DNA of 64,000 nt, from UHGV virus genome UHGV-1372088; one strand, written 5' to 3'. The position numbers and the translations under genes were made by a program. Below the pieces are notes generated by a model. That model was not told the origin of the DNA, searched no databases, and saw nothing but the letters and a program-made list of their open reading frames with translations. The first letter of the stretch is position 1, and every line of letters starts with the position of its first letter. Below are positions 19,200 through 27,602 of the stretch, in pieces. The DNA comes from a virus.

Positions 19200-19420
19200 T
19201 TAAAACCCAAAAACCAAGGTCAAAGTCAAAACCAGCCCCTTCGGGGAAAGCGCTCAGGCTTCGCCATCGCGCTTTGAAAAAAGGTGATCTGGGATGGTTG
19301 ATAAAGTCAAAACCCAAAGTCAAAACCCAAAGTCAAAACCAGCCCCTTCGGGGCAAGCACTCCGGCTCTGCCGTCGCGCTTAATTCAAAGATCATATCTG
19401 GGATGGTTGATAATCAATCG
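19200..19420 (+). ncRNA. two roughly 110-bp paralogous structured units (candidate small RNAs or regulatory elements)
   Basis: Each unit has AAAACCCAAAGTCAAAACC repeats, a CCCC-TTCG-GGGG hairpin (UUCG tetraloop on the + strand), a second AAAGCGC...GCGCTT stem, and a conserved ATCTGGGATGGTTGATAA tail. The two units are about 80-85% identical. Confidence 0.35.
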
Positions 19421-19456
19421 CCAGACCTCTCCTTCCTTCCTTCCGGCACATTTTAA

Positions 19457-19476
19457 ATATGTATTTACATACATAT
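19457..19476. promoter_or_regulatory. class-B inverted repeat ATATGTATTTACATACATAT
   Basis: Same motif family as at 8784, 13487, 41560, 43457 and 53056. Confidence 0.5.
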
Positions 19477-19592
19477 ATCATGTGTGTATGCTGTTTCTTA
19501 AGGACAAGCTCACAAAGTGAGTATCTCAAGGATGAGAACCCTTGCGGCTGGTAAACCCAGCCGCTTCCATTTGAAACTTATGGAAGAGACCT

Positions 19593-20093
19593 ATGTTCCG
19601 TTTCCTTTCAGAAATGCTTCTGCCGAAAGAAGTTATCGAGTCAGTCGTCCAGGTGAAGACTCGAAATCTTGAATCCAGAATTGCCATCCTTTTAGACCGT
19701 ATTCGCTCCGCTGAGATGAAGATTGAAAGCCAAGCCGATGCCATCGTTGCTCTGACCAATGTGTCTAAAGGGAGAGGCCAGCCAAACAAGGATCGTAATC
19801 GTAATGGAAAACTACCAGAGAAAAAGGCTCAAACCTCTAGCTTATCTGGTCGTCGGCCTATTGTCGGCTCCACTAGCTCTCGCTCCAGTGGCCGGTTTGT
19901 TACAGAGGGTAACGCCAGCACCGGAATTGCCGCGCCAGTTCACGCGCCAGTCGTTGAAGAGCGCAGCTACGGCAGCCACCACTCACACAACGACACCAGC
20001 CACCACCACAGTCACTCCCACCACAGTCACGACACTGGAGGGTATGACTCTGGATGCTCCGATTCGTCATCTTCGTCGTTCTCCTGCGATTGA
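19593..20093 (+). CDS. His/Ser-rich protein (166 aa)
   Basis: C-terminal HHSHNDTSHHHSHSHHSHD tract followed by a Ser/Cys-rich tail, so possibly metal binding. Confidence 0.45.
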   Translation: MFRFLSEMLLPKEVIESVVQVKTRNLESRIAILLDRIRSAEMKIESQADAIVALTNVSKGRGQPNKDRNRNGKLPEKKAQTSSLSGRRPIVGSTSSRSSGRFVTEGNASTGIAAPVHAPVVEERSYGSHHSHNDTSHHHSHSHHSHDTGGYDSGCSDSSSSSFSCD

Positions 20094-20136
20094 TGAAAGT
20101 CAGGAAACAACGAAACAACTTGTTTAATAAATAACG

Positions 20137-20574
20137 TTGGAAATAAAAATGTTTGGAATTTTTAAGAAGAAAGTTCGCAAAGCCGCTGTAGAAGTTAAGA
20201 AGATGGAAAACCGCGATGCGGTTGAAGCGACCGTCTGGGGCGCTTACGCGATCGCATATGCTGACGGCACCTGTGACGCGAAAGAAATCGGCGTTCTGGA
20301 AAAAACCATCTCCGCGCTGCCTTCCTTCTCCCCGTTTGCCGGTGAGATCGCCCAGATGAGCTCTAACATCCGCTCCCGCTACGAAGCATCCCCGCGTTCT
20401 GCTAACGCTGAAGCAATGCGCCAGCTGGCCGAAGTTGCTGGCACAACCGATGCAGTTGACGTTCTGTGCCTGTGCCTGGATATCGCCGACAACGACGGTA
20501 TCGATGAGAAAGAAGAGCAGATGCTGAAGAAGATCGCCCAGGCTCTGCAACTGTCTCTGGATCAGTATCTGTAA
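20137..20574 (+). CDS. TerB-like domain protein
   Basis: Two copies of the TerB signature A-x-ADG-x-x-D-x-x-E (AIAYADGTCDAKEIGVLEKTI and LDIADNDGIDEKEEQMLKKIAQAL). Confidence 0.5.
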   Translation: MEIKMFGIFKKKVRKAAVEVKKMENRDAVEATVWGAYAIAYADGTCDAKEIGVLEKTISALPSFSPFAGEIAQMSSNIRSRYEASPRSANAEAMRQLAEVAGTTDAVDVLCLCLDIADNDGIDEKEEQMLKKIAQALQLSLDQYL

Positions 20575-20745
20575 TGGTTAGGCTCGTCGTGGCCGCGCTG
20601 CTACTGACGATGGCCGTGCTGGTGGACTTCACCAGCCGGCTCCTGTCCGTAGTCTCTGATGGCGTACTTGTCTTCTCGGCAATTGTCATCATGATGCCCA
20701 TCCTCGCCAAAGTCATAACAAGCAAATAAGAAAACAACTGACGCC

Positions 20746-20762
20746 GTAAACAACTTGTTTAC
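20746..20762. promoter_or_regulatory. class-A palindromic operator GTAAACAACTTGTTTAC
   Basis: Perfect 8-bp inverted arms around a single central base. Other copies at 21721, 24093, 26554, 27533 and 29142. Confidence 0.6.
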
Positions 20763-20783
20763 TGCCTGCTCAAGTTTGCCAAA

Positions 20784-21242
20784 ATGACCACATCGAAACG
20801 AACAAATGAGAGAGAAGTTATGTGCCGTAAATGTGAAGAAAACAAAGCCAAAGTTTTAGAACGCGCTGATGAGATTGCCGATTTCGCAGTCCTCTTTGCC
20901 GGTGGGACTAAGTCCAATCAGGATTTCGCGCGTCTTATCGTTGGCTCAGAAGCGCTTCACGAAGGTGGGTATCTCAGTCCGTCCAACTTGCTGCTTCTGG
21001 TCGCCCACTACTACAGCAAGCTGAAGACGGTTTCCGCTGACAACCAGGCGCTGCGTGAAGCGATGGATATTCTGGCTAACAATGGTGGTGATGACTCTAT
21101 TCAAAAAGCCATTCAGCCTAAAGATGCTCTGCACCTGGTTGAATCTATCGTCAATACGTTCGAAGCCGCTCAGGTTCGAGCTATGGAAGGGGCCAACGCC
21201 CAGATCCGAGAGCTGAAGAACCGCTACGGATTGAACAAATAG
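20784..21242 (+). CDS. hypothetical protein (152 aa; true start may be the Met at 20820)
   Basis: No recognisable motif beyond a Cys-x2-Cys pair (CRKCEENK). Confidence 0.4.
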   Translation: MTTSKRTNEREVMCRKCEENKAKVLERADEIADFAVLFAGGTKSNQDFARLIVGSEALHEGGYLSPSNLLLLVAHYYSKLKTVSADNQALREAMDILANNGGDDSIQKAIQPKDALHLVESIVNTFEAAQVRAMEGANAQIRELKNRYGLNK

Positions 21243-21273
21243 CTATTCAAAAAGCTATTCAAACACCCATTCA

Positions 21274-21300
21274 ACGCAGCCATTAGGCTGCGTTTTTATT
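21274..21300 (+). terminator. rho-independent terminator
   Basis: ACGCAGCC-ATTA-GGCTGCGT followed by TTTTTATT. Confidence 0.65.
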
Positions 21301-21311
21301 CAGGTGGAAAT

Positions 21312-21692
21312 ATGCGCAAAGTTGAATGTCCATACTGCCTCAAGTTAGCTGATCTCGTTACCGGTGAGCGAATTTACCCACATCGGGCAGACCTACACAG
21401 TCTTCAATTTTACCTTTGCTCTGACTGCAACGCCTACGTCGGATGTCATAAGAGAAGCAACGGCGCACCATTGGGCCGCCTGGCCAATGCAGAGTTAAGA
21501 GCCGCCAAAAACAAGGCTCACTTCTTTTTTGACCGTATCTGGAAGCTGCGACACAAATCCCGTTCGGCGGCATATCAGTGGCTATCCAAAGAGCTGGGTA
21601 TACCGGCTAAGGATTGTCATATCGGCATGTTCGATATCGTGCTCTGCAACAGGACTGCTGCGATATGCAGCAACTACCTTTCGAACAAGTAA
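21312..21692 (+). CDS. zinc-ribbon protein (126 aa)
   Basis: CPYC...(26 aa)...CSDCNAYVGCH, a four-Cys zinc-ribbon arrangement. Confidence 0.45.
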   Translation: MRKVECPYCLKLADLVTGERIYPHRADLHSLQFYLCSDCNAYVGCHKRSNGAPLGRLANAELRAAKNKAHFFFDRIWKLRHKSRSAAYQWLSKELGIPAKDCHIGMFDIVLCNRTAAICSNYLSNK

Positions 21693-21720
21693 CGCAGAAA
21701 ACAACCAAACAAGGAACGCC

Positions 21721-21762
21721 GTAAACAACTTGTTTACTGCCTTCCTTGTTATTGGATAATGT
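21721..21762. promoter_or_regulatory. class-A operator/promoter: GTAAACAACTTGTTTAC...TTGGATAATG
   Basis: Palindrome overlapping a -35-like TTGTTT, with an extended -10 (TGgGATAAT family) about 19 bp downstream. The ATG of the 21792 gene lies 30 bp further on. Confidence 0.55.
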
Positions 21763-21791
21763 CTGCAACGGAAACTATTTAGGAATCAGCT

Positions 21792-23465
21792 ATGTCAACC
21801 GCAGTGTCAATACTCGAAAGCTCCGCCGGCGCCGTTGATTTCCGCAAGGAAATGAACGTCATCCATGACATCGTGGCAGAGTGTGAAAAAGAGATCGCCC
21901 TGATGAACCAGGTGCATGATTTCGTTTATTCACACGACCGCGTGTCGATGATCAACCGGCTCCAGGTACTGAGTCGCCGGCCAAATGATGAGAACCTCCG
22001 AAACGTCCACCAGCTTAACGCCGTCAATCTGGACTTCGTTAAGCAAAACATCTGGGCCGAATACTGGAGCAAGGTGACGGATATGACTGGCGCACTTCTC
22101 ATCATGCCGGCTGAACGCCGCGACCAGTGGCGCAGCCAGTTCACGTTAGGCGTTCAAAAGATGGCGAAGAGAGATCGCGGTGGATTCGAGCGCCAGGTGG
22201 AAGAGTTCGTCGGTGTTCCTGAGTTCACGGCTGACACAGTGATTCCTACCATGACCACGCTGCTAAATGACCGCCACAAATATCTGGCCGAGCGCGTCTA
22301 TGGTCTGTTTAAGGCATTAAGCCCAACGCACAAAACCAACAAAACATACGGCTTCAGCGAGAAGCTGATCATCTCCTACTGCGTGACCGACTTCTGGAAT
22401 AGCAGCATTAGCCTGAACTACCGCAAAGCGGACGTGATCGACGACCTGCGCGTCATGCTGCACTTCTTTGCACATAAGGAGTTCATCACCCTTAATAGTT
22501 GCTCTGAGATGCTCTCGGCGGCTTACAGAGCGCATAACTGCGAAACCGGTCAGTGGATGAATGTCGACGGCAACTTAATGCGTGTGAAGATTTTCAAAAA
22601 CGGCAATGCCCATTTTGAAATCCACCCGGATGTCGCGTGGAAGCTGAATGAAGTGCTGGCGCACAGTATGCCGGCCGCCATCCCGGCGCCGTGCCGGAAG
22701 GCGCCAACAACCAAGGCTCCGAAAGAGTTTGGCTACATCCAGAAAACGGTTTCGACGAGAACGCGAACGCTGATCCGCGACCGCCGACACAGTGGGGCCG
22801 ACGAACTTTTCTATTTCCCGGACTCGCATCTTCAGAAGGCTGAGATTCAGGACCTGGAGCGCACGTTGAGATTTATCGGCGGCGTGAAGATTAGAGGCAG
22901 CTGGAAGTTTCCATATGAGTGCGCCGCAACGCTCGATAGCATTGTGAGCCTGGGTGTCATTCCAGAGGTGAAGTCGCACCAGTTTTACCCAACGCCTGAG
23001 CCAATAGCGAAATACGTTTCGCAGATCCTGAAGTGCCAGCCCACCGACCAGATTCTTGACCCGGATGCTGGGCGGGGTGATCTGGTGGCGTTCCTCGATG
23101 TGCCGGAGGAAAACATAACGAGCGTGGAGATATCCCCGCTGTTCTGCGAGATTCTGGGCGCCAAGGGGTACAACGTCTACAACAAGGACTTTCTGGCCTG
23201 GTCGAAGGAGTTCGCCACCGCCCCTGGCTACGACAAGATAGCGATCAACCCGCCTTACTCAGAGGGCCGTGCCAAAGAGCATACGCTGGCGGCGCTGACC
23301 CATCTCAATGAAAAAGGAATTATGGTCGCAGTCCTGCCAGCCGGCTACAAACCGGAAGAGTGGATCGGCAATGAGTTCGTTTGTGCCAAATCAGGTCGTG
23401 ACTTCGCCAACGAGTTCGAGGACACCGGCATCACGGTAGCAGTATTCGTTTTCAAAAGAGCATAG
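21792..23465 (+). CDS. fusion protein: roughly 390-aa N-terminal domain of unknown function plus C-terminal gamma-type N6-adenine methyltransferase domain
   Basis: Motif X FYPTPEPIA, motif I ILDPDAGRGDL and motif IV INPPYS occur in that order (X-I-IV) within the last roughly 165 aa. Confidence 0.65.
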   Translation: MSTAVSILESSAGAVDFRKEMNVIHDIVAECEKEIALMNQVHDFVYSHDRVSMINRLQVLSRRPNDENLRNVHQLNAVNLDFVKQNIWAEYWSKVTDMTGALLIMPAERRDQWRSQFTLGVQKMAKRDRGGFERQVEEFVGVPEFTADTVIPTMTTLLNDRHKYLAERVYGLFKALSPTHKTNKTYGFSEKLIISYCVTDFWNSSISLNYRKADVIDDLRVMLHFFAHKEFITLNSCSEMLSAAYRAHNCETGQWMNVDGNLMRVKIFKNGNAHFEIHPDVAWKLNEVLAHSMPAAIPAPCRKAPTTKAPKEFGYIQKTVSTRTRTLIRDRRHSGADELFYFPDSHLQKAEIQDLERTLRFIGGVKIRGSWKFPYECAATLDSIVSLGVIPEVKSHQFYPTPEPIAKYVSQILKCQPTDQILDPDAGRGDLVAFLDVPEENITSVEISPLFCEILGAKGYNVYNKDFLAWSKEFATAPGYDKIAINPPYSEGRAKEHTLAALTHLNEKGIMVAVLPAGYKPEEWIGNEFVCAKSGRDFANEFEDTGITVAVFVFKRA

Positions 23466-23473
23466 AGGCGCAG

Positions 23474-23662
23474 ATGATTGAGTTAACGCTGAAGGAGTAC
23501 AACGCAATCCACACAGACTATCGGGGCGTATGGTCAACGGAGCGAACCGACTGGCCCGATTGGGAAAGCGTGAGAGAGCTATATATGGGCAAGCGAACCA
23601 TAATGAAGCACGGTAGTCTATTGATCGAAGGACTTCATTTTCAAATTAAAGAAGCGCCTTAA
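23474..23662 (+). CDS. hypothetical protein (62 aa)
   Basis: Short ORF directly after the MTase gene. Confidence 0.3.
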   Translation: MIELTLKEYNAIHTDYRGVWSTERTDWPDWESVRELYMGKRTIMKHGSLLIEGLHFQIKEAP

Positions 23663-23726
23663 ACAAATTGTTTTCTCCCTTTTCTGGTTTGTGACAATAA
23701 CGCCAACCAGAAAAGGAGAACCCCAG

Positions 23727-23960
23727 ATGACCCCTTCAAACACATATCTAACAGTCAGTCTGACAGGCACGAAGGAAGTCGCCCCAAACGACCTGGCGGC
23801 ACTTTATCGAGACTGGACGAACAATTATCTGTCCGTCGCCCGGTTCGCTGAGGATTACGGCGTCAGCGTCGCCCAGGCGGAAGTTACTATTGCAATGGGC
23901 CGTGCGGTCCACGATGCCCACGCCAACTGGCTTAAAGAGTTCGTTCGGTCCGCAGACTGA
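23727..23960 (+). CDS. hypothetical protein (77 aa)
   Basis: SD AAGGAG 8 nt before the ATG at 23727. Confidence 0.35.
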   Translation: MTPSNTYLTVSLTGTKEVAPNDLAALYRDWTNNYLSVARFAEDYGVSVAQAEVTIAMGRAVHDAHANWLKEFVRSAD

Positions 23961-24044
23961 AGCGAAAGGAAAAGTGGGGATCGATGCAATAGCGATCGCC
24001 CACCATAATTGGTACTATTCAATAACATACAACCGTCTAAAATC

Positions 24045-24070
24045 GCCGCCCGTTGAGGCGGCTTTTTGTT
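24045..24070 (+). terminator. rho-independent terminator
   Basis: GCCGCC-CGTTGA-GGCGGC followed by TTTTTGTT. Confidence 0.65.
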
Positions 24071-24167
24071 GCCTGTATTAGCCAGTCGTGCCGTAAACAA
24101 CTTGTTTAGTGCCTGTCTGGTTTTGAGAAAATGACTTCATTGAGACAATAGCAGCAAGGAAATAGAA

Positions 24168-24518
24168 ATGGAAATGAGCGAACAAAAGTCAGTAGAGAAG
24201 CGCAAGGTGAAAGCTGGCTGGTGGGTGGCGCTGGGACTGGCTGTCGCACTGCCAGTTGTCGCGGCCACCAAGTTGAGCATTTTTGTTGTGGCCCCTATCG
24301 GCGCCATGCCGGAAGGCAAGACGGTGATTATGTGGAAGTCTGGCCAGGTGGATATGAACTTCATCGAGAGCCCAGAGGGTATGTGTTTATCAAAACGCAG
24401 CTTCAGCGCCTGGTGCAGCTTAGGTGCGATGAATGTTGCGGTGGCTGGAAACAAGATCCTCATGCGTCTGCCGTATAGCGCAACCCTTTACAACGCTTCA
24501 GTCCGCAACCGTCTCTAA
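24168..24518 (+). CDS. membrane-anchored protein (116 aa) with one N-terminal TM helix
   Basis: Hydrophobic segment WWVALGLAVALPVVAA after a basic N-terminus. A class-A operator lies upstream at 24093. Confidence 0.4.
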   Translation: MEMSEQKSVEKRKVKAGWWVALGLAVALPVVAATKLSIFVVAPIGAMPEGKTVIMWKSGQVDMNFIESPEGMCLSKRSFSAWCSLGAMNVAVAGNKILMRLPYSATLYNASVRNRL

Positions 24519-24539
24519 CAACATCACTCTGGGAATATT

Positions 24540-24971
24540 ATGAAACGTATCTCCGCCGCATTACTGGCCACCACACTTCTCTCGGCTTGCGCAGAGCAGC
24601 CCGTTCAGTCCGTAGTAAGTGCGGCAACGCAGAAGACGAACGCCATGCGATACCCAGTATGCGAGTTCTATTCGAAAGACACAGGCTTCTTGCACACAGA
24701 TGCCTACGTTATCGATTATGGTGATTCGTTTGCCGTAATTTACGGAGAGGGTGAGGATAAAATACTGCGCAGCTTTAGAATACAGTCGGACGGGATAAAT
24801 TCGGATCTGACTGATCGCAATTCTATCTTCTCCAGATATGTGTCCGAGTACGACAGCAACATAATGACCTTTGACATTTACACAGTAAAAGATAAGCGCT
24901 TCGTTAGCCTGGACTGTGACAGAGACAAAGCGTACCCGGTGGCGGCGAAACCGTTCACCCCAATCAAATAA
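24540..24971 (+). CDS. lipoprotein (143 aa)
   Basis: Signal peptide with lipobox LLSAC (MKRISAALLATTLLSAC). Confidence 0.55.
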   Translation: MKRISAALLATTLLSACAEQPVQSVVSAATQKTNAMRYPVCEFYSKDTGFLHTDAYVIDYGDSFAVIYGEGEDKILRSFRIQSDGINSDLTDRNSIFSRYVSEYDSNIMTFDIYTVKDKRFVSLDCDRDKAYPVAAKPFTPIK

Positions 24972-25004
24972 CGTTTGACTTTACCTTGACCAAACAGATC
25001 AACT

Positions 25005-26560
25005 TACCCCGTAATCTATAAGAGTGAGTTGATCTGACAATCAAAACCCACCCAAACCCCTCGAATACCAGACGCAGCAAGCCTTCCAGCCAATTTTCAC
25101 CCATCAGACCTGCCATCTAAGACACGTCAATAAAAAGTCAAAGGGAATAGTAAAATCGACCCCAAAAATTGACTTTTATGACCCGCCAGTCTTATACCCG
25201 CCAAATCCACCACAGAACAGCCACCAGAAGAGAGTTACGATTCAACCCACGCAATCATGCAGCCCAAAAAGGGAAGCGCCCAAAACGCATTACAGAGCGT
25301 TTCACGGACCCACACCCAGAGAGAAGAATCGACCCAAGAGAGAACCAACAACCAAAAAAGACAAAACCTTCCATGATAGCCTATATCCCAATACCTGAAC
25401 ACAACCCACCGGAAGAACACACCCCACAAAATTCACAAGCCACCCCGCCAGACACCACCCACATCCCAGAGGCGACATGCCAATACACACCACCCAAACT
25501 CCCCAAGGCAAACACCACCCAACATTACCCAGGCCACAGAACACCACCCAAACTCCACAAGGCTACCGGCACCTGCCATTACCCACACCTCAGATTCCCA
25601 TTATTGAGGAAACCAGCAATACCAAGGCCCAGAGAGCAATTACCAAGGAAACAACATAATTGGAACGCAAGGAAACAACCAAACAACTAAGTCACTAAAC
25701 ATCACCACACGCCATTACCCAAACAACAAGGAAAACGAACGAACAAAGCCAGCCCTACATGCCATTACCCACACCCCAACGAAAGAAAACACCCAAGAGA
25801 GAACAACACAGAAACACCATAGAGAAACGATAAAGGAATCACAGATAAGGACCGCCCAATAAAAAGAACCAACACAGACAGACCAGAAGAGAAGGGCAGA
25901 GAGGAAGAAAGAGAAGGGCCGGAAGAAAAGACCGTATGGGAGGAAAGAAAGAGCCGTAGAGAAAGCGATAGATGGAAAGCCGTATAGAAAGGGAAAGGCT
26001 GGAAGGGGAGACAGAAGGGGAGAGAAAGGAACGACCTGAAGGAACGACCGGAAGAAAGGAAGTGTAAGAGGGTCGGAAGAAAAGGGCCGCGCCACGCTTT
26101 CCGTATAAATTACACGGCCAGGTTTCCCCTCCCTACCATCCGCCCCGACGGCCCACCATCCACACGGTCAGCCGTAGCCCATCCCTTCCGGTCCCGTCGG
26201 TCGCACCACTCCCTGTCCCGTCGGTCAGGTCCGGCCCGGAACCGCATTTCGGGAACGGGTGGAAGGTCGGTTATGGAAACGGCGAGAAACGGCCAGCTTT
26301 GCCTTCACCGAGAAACGGCTGGCTTTCGGTATATACCGCATCGGTCCGCCGGCCGGTTGTCGGTCAGGAAGAACCAGGCGGCTGCGCGGCGCCAGGACGG
26401 GAGTGTCCGTCGGGAAGTGGTCGGGACGTCCGTTGGCTGCCAGCGAACGAAGACCACCAGCATACGGATGTTCTGTCGGGGGACAACGTGGAACATTCGG
26501 TCTAAGCCGTCGGCGCGTGGGGAGACGTTCGGACCGTCGGGACCAGTGGTGCCGTAAACA
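25005..26560. other. non-coding tract of extreme strand asymmetry: C+A-rich and T-poor (about 25.0-25.85 kb), then polypurine and GGA-rich (25.85-26.10 kb), then GC-rich with GTCGG and GAAACGG repeats (26.10-26.56 kb)
   Basis: Composition read directly. Only low-complexity ORFs are present. Internal repeats include CACCACCCAAACTCC x2 and CCATTACCCACACC x3. Confidence 0.8.
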
Positions 26561-26594
26561 TCTTGTTTCCTGCCTGTCCAGTCCTGGGATAATG
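26554..26594. promoter_or_regulatory. class-A operator/promoter: GTAAACATCTTGTTTCC...TGGGATAATG
   Basis: Same architecture as the copies at 21721, 27533 and 29142. The ATG lies about 31 bp downstream. Confidence 0.55.
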
Positions 26595-26625
26595 GGTCTA
26601 CACCAACAAGAACGGAGTAAAGCAC

Positions 26626-26844
26626 ATGTACAAGCATTTAAATATCAGCATTACGCTATCGGACAATAGCATGACCCTTCGCAACGATGAGGCGCTAGGC
26701 AATTTGATTCGCTCGGCAGAAGTTATTACCAAGGTGTCAGATATGTTGGCTAAAGGCCACTGCTCCGGTGCCTTTGGGGTGCCTGTGGGGACTGAGAGTT
26801 TTGAACTAGCCTGGAACTGCTCTGTTTCTGAGTCGATTGTATAG
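26626..26844 (+). CDS. hypothetical protein (72 aa)
   Basis: First gene after the class-A promoter. Confidence 0.4.
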   Translation: MYKHLNISITLSDNSMTLRNDEALGNLIRSAEVITKVSDMLAKGHCSGAFGVPVGTESFELAWNCSVSESIV

Positions 26845-26852
26845 GGGGAGAT

Positions 26853-27065
26853 ATGAGCGTCCAAATGCCTGATTTATTGAATTACTGGACCGTCGATTCT
26901 GTCGCCGAGTGTATCGACGGCGTGGGCCAGGAACTGTCCCGTAAGCTGTGGTCATTCGTCACAGCAGATCATTCGCCGCTGGGCAAAGTGGCCTGGGAAA
27001 CGTTTACCGATGAAGAGAAGGCGGAGCTCGCCGCCGCTATCGCTAAAGAGTTCCCGGAGGAATGA
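26853..27065 (+). CDS. hypothetical acidic protein (70 aa)
   Basis: SD GGGGGAG before the ATG. Followed, with a 4-bp overlap, by a 123-aa ORF. Confidence 0.4.
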   Translation: MSVQMPDLLNYWTVDSVAECIDGVGQELSRKLWSFVTADHSPLGKVAWETFTDEEKAELAAAIAKEFPEE

Positions 27066-27433
27066 TGGGACTGACTACCAAGCCTCTGCTGGAGCCAACG
27101 AAGGCGTTGATGGGCGGCTGTAATGATTTACGGCTGGTCTTCCCATACGAGGGGAATCTCACGGCGGAGAAGAAGACGGAGATGGCCCGTAAGTTGTGCA
27201 GCTGGTGGAACAGTGACGCCGGTTGGGAGACGCTGAAGAAGAACGGTCGCTTTAGAACGGACATTCGCCTTGATATGGCTAACAGCCTTGGCTTCTTCGA
27301 TCGCTTCTGTGGTCGGTACAAGTCTGTCGAGGCGAAGACAGTGGTTCTGACGACCGGCGCGGAGATGGTGAGTTATGCCGGTGATAACTGCGGTGGGAGT
27401 ATTGAGCCGCACAACTTCGTGATCATCAAGTAA
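27062..27433 (+). CDS. hypothetical protein (123 aa)
   Basis: ATGA-coupled to the upstream gene, an arrangement seen in antitoxin/toxin pairs. Confidence 0.4.
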   Translation: MMGLTTKPLLEPTKALMGGCNDLRLVFPYEGNLTAEKKTEMARKLCSWWNSDAGWETLKKNGRFRTDIRLDMANSLGFFDRFCGRYKSVEAKTVVLTTGAEMVSYAGDNCGGSIEPHNFVIIK

Positions 27434-27532
27434 GCCCCGCCACCAGCAACGGTGGCTTTCTTCCATCCGCTGCCGTCGGCGCCCATAACGTCCCAAACAC
27501 CTTGTTTCCAGCCTCTCCTATTTCCTTGCGCC

Positions 27533-27573
27533 TTAAACAAGTTGTTTCCTGCCTCTCTTGTTCTGGGATAATG
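27533..27573. promoter_or_regulatory. class-A operator/promoter: TTAAACAAGTTGTTTCC...TGGGATAATG
   Basis: Directly read. A degenerate half copy lies at 27490-27510. Confidence 0.55.
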
Positions 27574-27602
27574 GCTTTACACCAACAAAGAGAGAGATAC
27601 AC

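Noticed and set aside
18550-19590. tRNA genes (expected if the phage were T5-like)
   Set aside because: No cloverleaf-compatible sequence was seen in the non-coding tracts on reading: no GTTCGA/TTCRANYC T-loop with a matching acceptor stem. A tRNA scan would be needed to be certain.
25169-26095. ORFs in the composition-skewed tract: + strand 173 aa (P/T/H/Q-rich) and minus strand 126 aa (F/L/S-rich 'membrane' protein)
   Set aside because: Their amino-acid composition follows directly from the CA-rich and polypurine DNA. There are no SD sequences and the proteins are extremely low in complexity. A real low-complexity protein cannot be fully excluded, but it is unlikely.
26259-26669. Arg-rich 136-aa ORF and overlapping frames in the GC-rich segment
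   Set aside because: All three frames are open because of high GC. No start context. The region looks like non-coding repeat DNA.
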